A program made the position numbers and the translations under genes. This document shows, piece by piece, positions 41,201 to 49,018 of a DNA stretch of 64,000 nucleotides. The notes under the pieces are model-generated. The model ran no database searches and was not told the DNA's origin. It saw only the letters and a program-made list of their open reading frames with translations. How positions within the stretch are numbered: the first letter of the stretch is position 1; each line of letters begins with the position of its first letter. The stretch is from an uncultured Candidatus Saccharibacteria bacterium (lineage in GTDB: Bacteria; Patescibacteriota; Minisyncoccia; UBA6257; 2-01-FULL-56-20). Location: contig OZ246418.1 of assembly GCA_965231155.1 (NCBI GenBank), positions 573,710-637,709 of the forward strand, in the 5' to 3' direction.

Positions 41201-41475
41201 GTGGCAAGAAGAATGAGATGATAGTACCGTTCGCCAGGGTCTCGAGAGAGGCGAGTTTTGGGGGCGACATAGGCTTCGAGTCCGAGGATCGGTTTAATTC
41301 CCGCCTTCTTTGCTTTTTTATAGAATTCGATCGCGCCATAGAGTACACCATGATCGGTGAGCGCCAGGCTATCCATGCCCAGTTCTTTGGCATAGGCAAC
41401 GAGATTGTCTATCTTCGCGAGGCCATCGAGGAGCGAGTAGTGAGAATGAGTGTGGAGGTGAGTGAATTTAGGCAT
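38287..41475 (-). CDS. dnaE: DNA polymerase III alpha subunit
   Basis: HLHTHSHYSLLDG, GPGRGSAAGS, MPDVDIDF, GVFQFES, YGFNKSHA. Confidence 0.98.
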   Translation of the reverse strand: MPKFTHLHTHSHYSLLDGLAKIDNLVAYAKELGMDSLALTDHGVLYGAIEFYKKAKKAGIKPILGLEAYVAPKTRLSRDPGERYYHLILLATNLTGWKNLMQLSTKSHLEGYYYKPRIDKELLQEHHEGIIALSACLGGEIAQLLLAGKNEEAKKNALEYQNILGKGNYYLEIQKHPHIPDSERLEPLLLNLAKETGIPLVATQDSHYLKKEEAEYHDILLAVQTGNRLSDDDRLSMKDEDFSLSSPEEIAEKFSFVPEAISNTQIIADRCNLEIELGTVLLPHFDKPDGKSANQYLRDLVQERIGERFTLEEQTAEVKERVEYELGVIEKTGFADYFLIVQDLINWAKDHGISVGPGRGSAAGSLLSYILRITDLNPLNYDLLFERFLNPDRIQMPDVDIDFADTRRDEVLAYAREKYGNDKVAQIITFGTMAARAAIRDAGRAMGVAYSFCDQVAKLIPATPHLQLQTALDDVAELKELYTTNPEAKKLLDAALHLEGVARHASVHACGTVISKEPLANHVPLQFAPQDKDSIITQFEMHTIEDLGLLKIDFLGLRNLSTIQDTIRLVRETKGESINMSKLPLDDNATFTLLQEGDTTGVFQFESSGMRRYLKELKPTQFEDLIAMVALYRPGPMELIPSFIKRKEGKEKSVYLHPKLEPILGTTYGIGVYQEQMMQIARSLAGFTLAEADTLRKAIGKKIKSLLDEQKGKLISGMVKNDIPEKTAKAIWELFPPFARYGFNKSHAACYALIGYQTAYLKSHYPLEFMASLLNAELSDIERISFLIQEAKEKNIGILPPDINRSFVMFTPEEDAEKSAIRFGLLAIKNVGSAIVENIIQERSRGGEFKDLADLIRRVQHKDLNKKSLESLTKSGALDSLGIDRGEILESIDEILKFSATLKRAATQATNSLFGADHLPTFSLTLKKPATPISDQDKLAWEKELLGFFLSDHPLNRFTQKMKDWQSTPIDQAREQKNDGHTVKILALVSRIQKITTKNGQPMLFVHLEDFSPKPLELVIFNDIFTKTSAVWQESNVVYVKGKISWRNGEPKMICENAVSLS

Positions 41476-41577
41476 GGCGATGACGGTATGATTGTAGGTG
41501 AAAAAGAGTATTCAAGAAAGGCTGTGGAGAAGCTTGTAAAAATGTGTATATTTCTTTAGGATAAAACCTGATTTCAG

Positions 41578-41653
41578 GCCACCTTAGCTCAGCTGGTAGA
41601 GCAACACTTTTGTAAAGTGAAGGTCCCCGGTTCGAATCCGGGAGGTGGCTCCA
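41578..41653 (+). tRNA. tRNA-Thr(TGT)
   Basis: GCCACCT/AGGTGGC acceptor; CACT-TT-TGT-AA-AGTG arm; encoded CCA. Confidence 0.96.
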
Positions 41654-41708
41654 TCATAGTTTAGATTTGCAGATTATTCTGATTTCCTATAAAGTAAGAC
41701 ACGTTCGT

Positions 41709-41781
41709 GCCGTTGTAGCTCAGCTGGTAGAGCAACTCCATGGTAAGGAGTAGGTCGCCGGTTCAATTCCGGCCAACGGCT
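41709..41781 (+). tRNA. tRNA-Thr(GGT), CCA not encoded
   Basis: GCCGTTG/CAACGGC acceptor; ACTCC-AT-GGT-AA-GGAGT arm. Confidence 0.95.
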
Positions 41782-41845
41782 CAGATTTAGTGTAAGGCTT
41801 GCGGTTTTTCGAGGAATCTTGTACTATAGGGTCTATTGATTTTCC

Positions 41846-42025
41846 ATGGCTAAGGCAAAACGTTCCGACAAATTAATTGGTCTCAAGTGCGCTGGCTGTA
41901 ATCGGCGTAATTACTATACCCGCAAGAATAAGAAGGTAGTGGAGCGAAAGATTGAGTTCCAGAAGTTCTGTTCTTGGTGCCGTAAGAAAACCGCTCACAA
42001 AGAGGTAAAGATTACTGGCAAATAA
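41846..42025 (+). CDS. rpmG: 50S ribosomal protein L33, Zn-binding form (59 aa, not in ORF track)
   Basis: MAKAKRSDKLIGLKCAGCNRRNYYTRKNKK...KFCSWCRKKTAHKE. Confidence 0.95.
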   Translation: MAKAKRSDKLIGLKCAGCNRRNYYTRKNKKVVERKIEFQKFCSWCRKKTAHKEVKITGK

Positions 42026-42037
42026 AAGCAAGCACAC

Positions 42038-42068
42038 AAAAATCCTCTTTCCTGAAGAGGATTTTTTG
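42038..42068 (+). terminator. Intrinsic terminator after rpmG
   Basis: AAAAATCCTCTT-loop-AAGAGGATTTTTT. Confidence 0.8.
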
Positions 42069-42088
42069 TTTAGACTTGAGTGTACTCT

Positions 42089-42162
42089 GGGAGCTTAGTT
42101 AAATGGTATAATAGCGGTCTCCAAAACCGCGGTCAGGGGTTCGATTCCCTTAGCTCCCGCCA
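42089..42162 (+). tRNA. tRNA-Trp(CCA)
   Basis: GGGAGCT/AGCTCCC acceptor; GCGGT-CT-CCA-AA-ACCGC arm; encoded CCA. Confidence 0.95.
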
Positions 42163-42166
42163 TAGT

Positions 42167-42481
42167 ATGCGCAGCCACTCTTTCCATGATTATGTTGTCC
42201 ACGACCTTCTTGGAAGTTTCTCCGGGATAACCAGCCGGGCGATGTTTGGCGGTTGGGGAGTCTATAAAAATGGCAAAATATTCGCCATTATCGTGGGCGA
42301 AGCACTCTATTTTAAATACACCGATAGTAACAAAGATATTTTTGCGAGTGTTGAGAGTGGTCCATTTACGTACAAAAAGAAAGACGGCAAGACTGTTTCT
42401 ATGGCCTACTGGCTTGTTCCAGAGGAACTAATGGAAGACCGAGAGCGTTTTCATAAACTAGTTTCTAAAATAGAGTTATAG
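42167..42481 (+). CDS. TfoX/Sxy N-terminal domain protein
   Basis: ITSRAMFGGWGVY..GKIFAI....LYFK...PFTY...MAYW.VP. Confidence 0.88.
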   Translation: MRSHSFHDYVVHDLLGSFSGITSRAMFGGWGVYKNGKIFAIIVGEALYFKYTDSNKDIFASVESGPFTYKKKDGKTVSMAYWLVPEELMEDRERFHKLVSKIEL

Positions 42482-42522
42482 ATAGTTTCATCTTGTAGCT
42501 CGATTGGTTTACAATTAAACCC

Positions 42523-42846
42523 ATGGAAGAAACAGCTCGTGCATTTGATCTACCCAGATTCATTCGACAACTCATACAAGAAAAAAGAGGGGAGGGCTAT
42601 GACGAGGCGATGGTTAAGAAAGAAGAGCTTGAACTGAGTGATCGGTTAGAGAACAGGATTTATATGTTAATTCTTGAGTTAATGCCACAAGAATCTCTGT
42701 CTGAATTTGAAAATCTTTTGGATGGTGAGAGTGATGAAGAAAAGATTCAAAATTTCTGTGTTCAACGTATCAATGGTTTCGAAGATCTGATTTCGCAAGA
42801 GTTGTTAGATTTTCGGAAGGTTTATCTGGAAACGAGTGTGATATAA
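42523..42846 (+). CDS. Acidic helical protein, DUF5663-like
   Basis: LENRI...IL..MP...L.EFE.LL...I..F....I..F pattern recalled from CPR proteins. Confidence 0.55.
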   Translation: MEETARAFDLPRFIRQLIQEKRGEGYDEAMVKKEELELSDRLENRIYMLILELMPQESLSEFENLLDGESDEEKIQNFCVQRINGFEDLISQELLDFRKVYLETSVI

Positions 42847-42856
42847 TAAAACGTAA

Positions 42857-43216
42857 ATGACACCTCGGCAGAAAAAGATTGTTGTTTTTCTTTTATTTAT
42901 CGTGGTAGCTCTTGGTGGTTTATTCACGTGGAAATATTTTAACGATAAAAAAAGATATGAGAACTTGGCCCCTGGCGAATTAGATCGTCCATTCACGAAA
43001 GAAGAGAGACAAGAAATTCTTAATGGTTTGGCCCCTCGAGGAGCGAAGCCAAAAACTTCTTTGAGCACAACCGAGCAAAAAGTTGTTGATTCCCTTGCTC
43101 CACAATCAAATGTGAGTTCTCCGAAGGTCCAGAATTCTTACCGGTACACCCCACCACCACCGCTATCTTCTCGAAATCAGTCGATTTTAGATGCGATGGC
43201 TCCATCTTCGAATTAA
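42857..43216 (+). CDS. Single-TM protein with four [LM]AP repeats
   Basis: N-terminal TM; YENLAP, LNGLAP, VDSLAP, LDAMAP. Confidence 0.6.
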   Translation: MTPRQKKIVVFLLFIVVALGGLFTWKYFNDKKRYENLAPGELDRPFTKEERQEILNGLAPRGAKPKTSLSTTEQKVVDSLAPQSNVSSPKVQNSYRYTPPPPLSSRNQSILDAMAPSSN

Positions 43217-43281
43217 TAATGGGGATAACTTTCATTCCCGCCAACAGGAAATAAGAATATAATTTTAATTAATAAGCTTTT

Positions 43282-46146
43282 ATGCTCAGTTTTTTAAAAA
43301 AGAATAGCGGATTGAGAAATTCCACGTTGGCTGTGTTTTTTGTATTTTCGATTGTTGGCTTGATGAATGTAACTATAGCTGCGTACACTCCTCCCACATG
43401 TCCTCCTCCTGGTTGTAATACAGATGCACCAATTAATGTTGGTACAACCCCGCAATTTAAATATGGGAATTTAACGATTACTAGTCCGACGGCAACGGGG
43501 ACTATTATCTCTGACTTATTGTGGACGAATTATGGTGCAGTTATTAATGCTGATGGGGGTGGTGCAAGTGGTGTTGGGCTTCTTGTTCCTCGAGATAAAG
43601 TTGGAATTGGTTTTAGCGGTATTGGTACTGATCTTCCTCAGGCAAAACTTGATGTGAATGGTACAACAATTTCTCGGGGAAGTTTGGTGGTGGGTACATC
43701 GACTCCATCGTGGGCCACTTTGGATGTGAATGGCACTATTAACTCGAGAGGGAATCTTACAGTGGGCACTTCAACTGGTGTGGGGGGATCTAGACAACTT
43801 AATATTTTTGGGGATATTGTTGTCAGTGATGTTCCGGTGACTTCTCCTACGGGATTTATTTTCAGAAAGAGAGGGATACAGGAAAGTAATCGGGTTTTCA
43901 GTGGGGCAACGCCTGACTTTTCTTGGTGGCAGGAAACGTGGCCTTTCTATTTTGGTGATATAGAAGGAGTGGGTAGCACTACTTGGTCTGGTAGAAAATT
44001 AACGTCTGTCATGACCGCTGGCGGCTGTGATGATGGTAGTCTGGTTTCTCGTGACTGTACAGCTGATTTTTATACTGCAGTTTCTAATCCAGTATTCTTC
44101 TCCCTCGCTTTCGATTTATACGCTTATCAGCTTGGAACAGATTGGAAGATAGGTTTTCGGACATATCAAAGAGTTTCAGATAAGAGGGTTGGAGGGTCAT
44201 TGAGTTCGGTCTATTTTAATGCTAACGATGCGGCCATATCGAACTTGAATGTTTTGTCTGAATTGAATGCTCAGAAGATTCATACCAGTGGAACGATTTC
44301 TGCTAGGAGGTTGAGTGCGGATGAGATATATAGTAGTGAATTACGTACTCAGAAATTATGTTTGATTGGTGGAGATTGTATAGCGAGTAGTACTTTACTT
44401 GGCGTATGGGAGGAGAGTACCAGTACGGGATCTTTCGCTGGTTCGATTTTCTATGATGGTGGCCGGGTTGGTATTGGAACTGGTGGATTAGGGCCATTGT
44501 CGCAGCTTCATTTGAAAGACGATGCTAGTGAGGTGAGACATATCATTGAGAATACGAAGAATGGTGGTATTTCTGCTATTTCCTTGTCCAGGAAAACAAC
44601 CGGTGGCGTTCCAGATCAGTGGAGTATCAGTGCTCTTGGCCCAGGTGGACAACAGGGTCTTTTCTTTAAAGATGATGCTTCGGGAATACCAACGTCGTTA
44701 TCCTTAATTTATAATGGTAAGGTGGGAATTGGTACTGATACTCCGCAGGGTTTATTTGATGTAGTTGGTAGTGGAGATATTCGTCTAAAGCCGGGTTCTT
44801 TGGAGGGTGGTCGGGTGATTATTGGTGATAACGGGTTAGTACATACCACTATCCATGGTAATCTCAGTCTTAGCGTGCAAGACGGAGGTCTTCGATATAG
44901 TCCAGGAGCCGATAATTCGAGTATAGGAAATAACAGAGACTACTCTTTTATTGTAGATCCTCAATCACTTTCTGGCGCTGATGCCTGGGATCTTGAATAC
45001 ACGAGCAATCGATTAAGTTGTGATGCCACCTTGGGTGGGGCAGAGTGTCTTTCTCAATCATCCTGGCCGGCTGGTGGTGGCGATCCGGCTGTTAAATACG
45101 ATCTTTATGCGTTTCAGTCGGCTGGCCCAGTAGGGTTGTGTGGTGTGCCTCCGAACACTGGAGCTGATTCAAGTTGTAGATGGAAGAAGGCTGTAAGGAC
45201 TTATACTAAATCTTCAGGTTCTGGTGGTGATTTGTTTGCTAGAAAAGGAAGGTTTTCAGAAAACTTTATAATTGGTGGCGGCAAAACGGGGTACCTTGCT
45301 CCATTGGTTGAGGCCAATCTTGATCCTTACGGGCTTGCGGTGGCTGGAAAAGTTAGTATAGGATCAATTATTACTCAGTCATTATCTTTGAACGTCGCAG
45401 GAGGTATCCTTGCTGATAAAATTTGTTTAACAGACACCAATCCCAGTAATTGTAAAACCTCCTGGGCGACTTCCCCAGATCTTTGGGCGACCAGCACGAA
45501 CGGTATTTTCTTTGACGCGGGACAGGGGAATGTTGGTATTGGTGATGTGCCTACCACAAAACCACTTACCATTTATGGAAATCCAACAGCTTGGATTCAA
45601 CTGAGAGATTCGAATAGTGTTGATAAGTGGCACATTACAGGTTTCGGAGGTGGATTCAACTTGGCAGAGTCTGGAGTAGCTGATGGGAGAATTTTCGTTC
45701 AAGCACTCACTGGTAATGTTGGTATTGGGCTAACCAATCCTACGACAAAGTTAGATGTACAAGGTACGATTAAAGCCAATGGAAAGGTACAGGCTAATGA
45801 ATACTGTGATCTAGCTGGAATTAATTGTACGCCGCTACCTTTTCCGAGTAATTCAACTCAGAATGGATATGTGCGGATTGGTAATGTTCTCATGCAGTGG
45901 GGTTATATTGATGGTCCGTTGACACAGAACTCTTATAATGTCGATTTCCCGATAGCTTTCAGTAATCCTCCGTTCAATCTGAATTGTACTGCGAGGAATG
46001 GTGATACATTTAACCATAATGACGATACCTGGTGTCAGGTGATCAGAGCTACAGACCGTAAGGGATTCTTTGGAATAAACTGGGATGGTAGTGGTGGCAA
46101 TGCTGAAGCGAATGGTCTTTATTGGCTTGCTATTGGTAATCCTTAA
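43282..46146 (+). CDS. Large secreted fibre/adhesin with phage tail-fibre-like (gp53-type) C-terminal domain
   Basis: Signal peptide, YTPPTCPPPGCN.DAPINVG motif, several G[NKR]VGIG repeats, C-terminal NGYVRIGNVLMQWG...V.FPIAF...YWLAIG. Confidence 0.75.
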   Translation: MLSFLKKNSGLRNSTLAVFFVFSIVGLMNVTIAAYTPPTCPPPGCNTDAPINVGTTPQFKYGNLTITSPTATGTIISDLLWTNYGAVINADGGGASGVGLLVPRDKVGIGFSGIGTDLPQAKLDVNGTTISRGSLVVGTSTPSWATLDVNGTINSRGNLTVGTSTGVGGSRQLNIFGDIVVSDVPVTSPTGFIFRKRGIQESNRVFSGATPDFSWWQETWPFYFGDIEGVGSTTWSGRKLTSVMTAGGCDDGSLVSRDCTADFYTAVSNPVFFSLAFDLYAYQLGTDWKIGFRTYQRVSDKRVGGSLSSVYFNANDAAISNLNVLSELNAQKIHTSGTISARRLSADEIYSSELRTQKLCLIGGDCIASSTLLGVWEESTSTGSFAGSIFYDGGRVGIGTGGLGPLSQLHLKDDASEVRHIIENTKNGGISAISLSRKTTGGVPDQWSISALGPGGQQGLFFKDDASGIPTSLSLIYNGKVGIGTDTPQGLFDVVGSGDIRLKPGSLEGGRVIIGDNGLVHTTIHGNLSLSVQDGGLRYSPGADNSSIGNNRDYSFIVDPQSLSGADAWDLEYTSNRLSCDATLGGAECLSQSSWPAGGGDPAVKYDLYAFQSAGPVGLCGVPPNTGADSSCRWKKAVRTYTKSSGSGGDLFARKGRFSENFIIGGGKTGYLAPLVEANLDPYGLAVAGKVSIGSIITQSLSLNVAGGILADKICLTDTNPSNCKTSWATSPDLWATSTNGIFFDAGQGNVGIGDVPTTKPLTIYGNPTAWIQLRDSNSVDKWHITGFGGGFNLAESGVADGRIFVQALTGNVGIGLTNPTTKLDVQGTIKANGKVQANEYCDLAGINCTPLPFPSNSTQNGYVRIGNVLMQWGYIDGPLTQNSYNVDFPIAFSNPPFNLNCTARNGDTFNHNDDTWCQVIRATDRKGFFGINWDGSGGNAEANGLYWLAIGNP

Positions 46147-46148
46147 TA

Positions 46149-46177
46149 TTGACTAGGAGGAGGATTTAGTTTAGTAT
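46149..46177 (+). promoter_or_regulatory. Sigma70 promoter of rplJ-rplL
   Basis: TTGACT-17 nt-TAGTAT. Confidence 0.8.
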
Positions 46178-46185
46178 TTTTTCGT

Positions 46186-46312
46186 ATCCTAAGAACGTAG
46201 GTCAGCCGATAAAGGCCTAATTTAGCTTGTGCTAAGCCTACCGAGGAAGATTGAAGAGGGTCTTTTTTGAGACTCTTTGATATCCGACCTTAGGAATAAA
46301 GGTCGTTTTTTA
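46186..46312 (+). ncRNA. Ribosomal protein L10 leader (autoregulatory RNA)
   Basis: AAGAACGTAGG...TAA...CCTACCGAGG core typical of L10 leaders, upstream of rplJ; ends in CGACCTT/AAGGTCG hairpin plus T6. Confidence 0.75.
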
Positions 46313-46322
46313 TTTCTTGCGC

Positions 46323-46826
46323 ATGAAAACAAAACAGAAGAAATCTGAAGAGTTAGCTAAAGGCAGGGAATTCCTTAAGGAAAGCCAGGCGTTACTTTTT
46401 GCTAATCTCAATAAATTACCCGCTGAGAATTTGCGAAAACTTCGGCGAGCAATGACTGAGAAGGGAGTCAATTTCTTTGTTCTCAAGAAACGCCTCTTAG
46501 GCATTCTTCTTAAGGAACAGGGAATCGATGTCAGTCCAAAAGATCAGTTCGCTGCTTCCGTTGGTACAGCCTTTTCTAAGTTACCAATTCAAGAGGTAAG
46601 TGCTATTGCACATAAGTTCTTGGTTGGCATGGGGAGCAAGAAGAGCGAGGAAATTCTTGGTGGATATGACTTGGAGGGGAAACTTTTCCTTTCAGCCGAA
46701 GACGTTCGAACTCTTGGTCAGCTTCCTTCGAGAGAGGTTCTTCTTGGTCAGGTTATGGGTGGCATGATTGCTCCTCTCAGAGCGTTTATGTATGTCCTTA
46801 GCGAAAAATCCAAGAAAGAGGCATAA
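46323..46826 (+). CDS. rplJ: 50S ribosomal protein L10
   Basis: KTKQKK, LRR, V.KKRL, LPSREVLLGQV; precedes rplL. Confidence 0.92.
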   Translation: MKTKQKKSEELAKGREFLKESQALLFANLNKLPAENLRKLRRAMTEKGVNFFVLKKRLLGILLKEQGIDVSPKDQFAASVGTAFSKLPIQEVSAIAHKFLVGMGSKKSEEILGGYDLEGKLFLSAEDVRTLGQLPSREVLLGQVMGGMIAPLRAFMYVLSEKSKKEA

Positions 46827-46859
46827 AAGATAGGTCGAAATAATAACTTACAAAAAATT

Positions 46860-47225
46860 ATGGCAAATTTAGAAAATTTGATTTCTGAGATTGAGAAGTT
46901 GTCAGTCAAAGAGTTGGCTGAAGTAGTGAAAATGATGGAAGAAAAGTTCGGTATTACTGCTGGTGCGCCGATGGCGGCTGGTGGTGCAGTTGCTGGGGGT
47001 GCTGCTGAAGAAAAGAGCACTTTCAATGTTATTCTGAAGGCTTCTGGTGAGCAGAAAGTCAACGTGATCAAAGCCGTTAAGGAGATCACTGGCCTTGGAC
47101 TTAAGGAAGCTAAAGATTTGGTAGATGGTGCTCCAAAACCAGTCAAAGAAGGATTGAAGAGAGAGGAGGCCGATGAGATTAAGAAGAAGCTTGAAGAGGT
47201 GGGAGCGACAGTTGAGCTCGCCTAG
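46860..47225 (+). CDS. rplL: 50S ribosomal protein L7/L12
   Basis: [26 protein letters not shown]. Confidence 0.98.
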   Translation: MANLENLISEIEKLSVKELAEVVKMMEEKFGITAGAPMAAGGAVAGGAAEEKSTFNVILKASGEQKVNVIKAVKEITGLGLKEAKDLVDGAPKPVKEGLKREEADEIKKKLEEVGATVELA

Positions 47226-47251
47226 TATCCTCAAGATGGAAGGGTAGCTAT

Positions 47252-47299
47252 CCTAACGATTTTTCCATATCCGAGAGGCATAATGGAAAAATCGTTAGG
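47252..47299. repeat. Perfect 17-bp inverted repeat downstream of rplL
   Basis: CCTAACGATTTTTCCAT (47252-47268) / ATGGAAAAATCGTTAGG (47283-47299). Confidence 0.9.
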
Positions 47300-47319
47300 T
47301 GGGCCCCTCCTTTAGAATC

Positions 47320-47359
47320 AAAAGACCACCAAGCATTGAATGAGGTGGTCTTTTGTTTT
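47320..47359 (+). terminator. Intrinsic terminator of rplJ-rplL
   Basis: AAAAGACCACC-loop-GGTGGTCTTTTGTTTT. Confidence 0.75.
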
Positions 47360-47383
47360 ATATTTAGGCCTATCACACAGTAG

Positions 47384-47458
47384 GCGCGCATAGCTCAGTG
47401 GTAGAGCGCTTCGTTCACATCGAAGAGGTCCAAGGTTCGATCCCTTGTGCGCGCACCA
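47384..47458 (+). tRNA. tRNA-Val(CAC)
   Basis: GCGCGCA/TGCGCGC acceptor; CTTCG-TT-CAC-AT-CGAAG arm; encoded CCA. Confidence 0.96.
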
Positions 47459-47591
47459 GACTTGAGGGGAAGTGGGGAATTTATAAATAATCATTCGGGA
47501 AGGTCAAAACTTTTTCCTCGTTCTTTCGGCCTACTAAAAATCCTTTATTAATAAGGATTTTTATGGTTACAACTGTGCATAAATAGGCTTT

Positions 47592-47680
47592 TTGACAATG
47601 TATATAAGTGGAGTAGAATTACATGAAAGTGGTGAAATGTGGATAAGTATGGGGATAAACCACCACTTCTGGGGATAACG
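47592..47680 (+). promoter_or_regulatory. mraZ promoter with MraZ-binding direct repeats
   Basis: TTGACA-16 nt-TAGAAT; GTGG at 47608, 47629, 47639 and ATGG at 47649 (10-nt period). Confidence 0.7.
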
Positions 47681-47691
47681 ATCTACATTCC

Positions 47692-48123
47692 ATGCTCCTC
47701 GGCGAATACAAACACAATGTTGATCCAAAAGGTCGAGTGGCTATACCAGCTAAATTTCGAGAGAAATTGGCGACTGGAGCCATTGTGACGCGTGGTTTGG
47801 ACAATTGTTTGTTTTTGTTTGCAGAGACGGAGTGGAAGGCATTAGCTGAGAAGTTAGTGGCCTTGCCACTAGCTCAGGCAAATTCAAGGGCTTTTGTGCG
47901 ATTGATGTTGTCTGGAGCGATGGATGTGGAGTTTGATGCCCAGGGAAGAATTCTTATCCCTGACTATTTAAGGAAGTATGCGGGGTTAGGAAAAGAAGTG
48001 GTTGTGGCTGGTCTTTATAACCGTATCGAAGTTTGGGACGCTGCCACCTGGGAGCGTTATAAGCAAAAGACTGAAGGAGCGTCGGAGGAGATCGCCGAGA
48101 AGTTGGGTGAGCTAGGGATATAG
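47692..48123 (+). CDS. mraZ: Transcriptional regulator MraZ
   Basis: GEYKH.VDPKGRVAIP, DAQGRILIP, RIEVW. Confidence 0.97.
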   Translation: MLLGEYKHNVDPKGRVAIPAKFREKLATGAIVTRGLDNCLFLFAETEWKALAEKLVALPLAQANSRAFVRLMLSGAMDVEFDAQGRILIPDYLRKYAGLGKEVVVAGLYNRIEVWDAATWERYKQKTEGASEEIAEKLGELGI

Positions 48124-48124
48124 T

Positions 48125-49015
48125 ATGCACGTCCCTGTTCTTTTAAAAGAAGTTCTTGAGCATCTTGATCCTCAACCTCATGAGTTTGTGATTGATGGCA
48201 CTGCTGATGGTGGCGGTCATTCCGAAGCGATTCTGGAACGATTGGCAGGCACCGGAAAGTTATTAGCTATCGACTGGGATGAAGAGATTCTCAGAGAGTG
48301 CAAGAAACGCATCGGCCGTTCAAAAAATACATTTTTTGTTGCTGCCAATTACACGGAAATTTCTTCTGTTCTTCTTCGAAAAAAATTTCCTAAGGCCGAC
48401 GTGTTATTGCTCGATCTGGGTTTTTCTTCCTCCCAAGTGGATGACCTCGAAAGGGGTTTCAGCTTTCGGGAGGAGAAGGGGGATGAGCCACTCTTGATGA
48501 CCTATAGCGACCAAGAAGTTCCTGTAAGTGATTTGCTTCAGGATATTTCTGAAGAAGAGCTCGCAGGAATCATTCGGGAGTTCGGTGGTGAACGATTTGC
48601 GGGTCGAGTGGCGCGAGTGATTAAGGAGAGGACGAGAAAGGGCAGAATAGAGACGAGTGGTGAGTTGGCACAAATCGTTCGAGAGGTTCTGCCGAGGCAC
48701 TACGAACGGGGGAGGATTGATCCGGCGACGAGAACATTCCAGGCCCTGCGGATCTATGCCAACCACGAACTAGAAAATCTCGCCTCAGTACTGAACGATC
48801 TTCCTTTAATTATGAATGCCGGGGGTCGGGTGGGAATCATCACGTTCCACTCTCTCGAGGACAGGATGGTGAAACAGAGTTTCCGGAAGTTAGAAAAGGA
48901 AGATGGGGGATGGGAAATTATTACAAAAAAACCAATTCCTGCCAGTCGTGAAGAAATTTTAAATAATGCACGGAGTCGTTCAGCAAAATTACGAGTTATA
49001 AAACGATTAGCATAG
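48125..49015 (+). CDS. rsmH: 16S rRNA m4C1402 methyltransferase
   Basis: HVPVLL, GGGHS, DLGFSS.Q, ATRTFQALRI, FHSLEDR, RSRSAKLR. Confidence 0.97.
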   Translation: MHVPVLLKEVLEHLDPQPHEFVIDGTADGGGHSEAILERLAGTGKLLAIDWDEEILRECKKRIGRSKNTFFVAANYTEISSVLLRKKFPKADVLLLDLGFSSSQVDDLERGFSFREEKGDEPLLMTYSDQEVPVSDLLQDISEEELAGIIREFGGERFAGRVARVIKERTRKGRIETSGELAQIVREVLPRHYERGRIDPATRTFQALRIYANHELENLASVLNDLPLIMNAGGRVGIITFHSLEDRMVKQSFRKLEKEDGGWEIITKKPIPASREEILNNARSRSAKLRVIKRLA

Positions 49016-49018
49016 TTC

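Noticed and set aside
42167-46146. Prophage inserted at tRNA-Trp
   Set aside because: The fibre has a signal peptide; no integrase, capsid, terminase or tRNA-end duplication.
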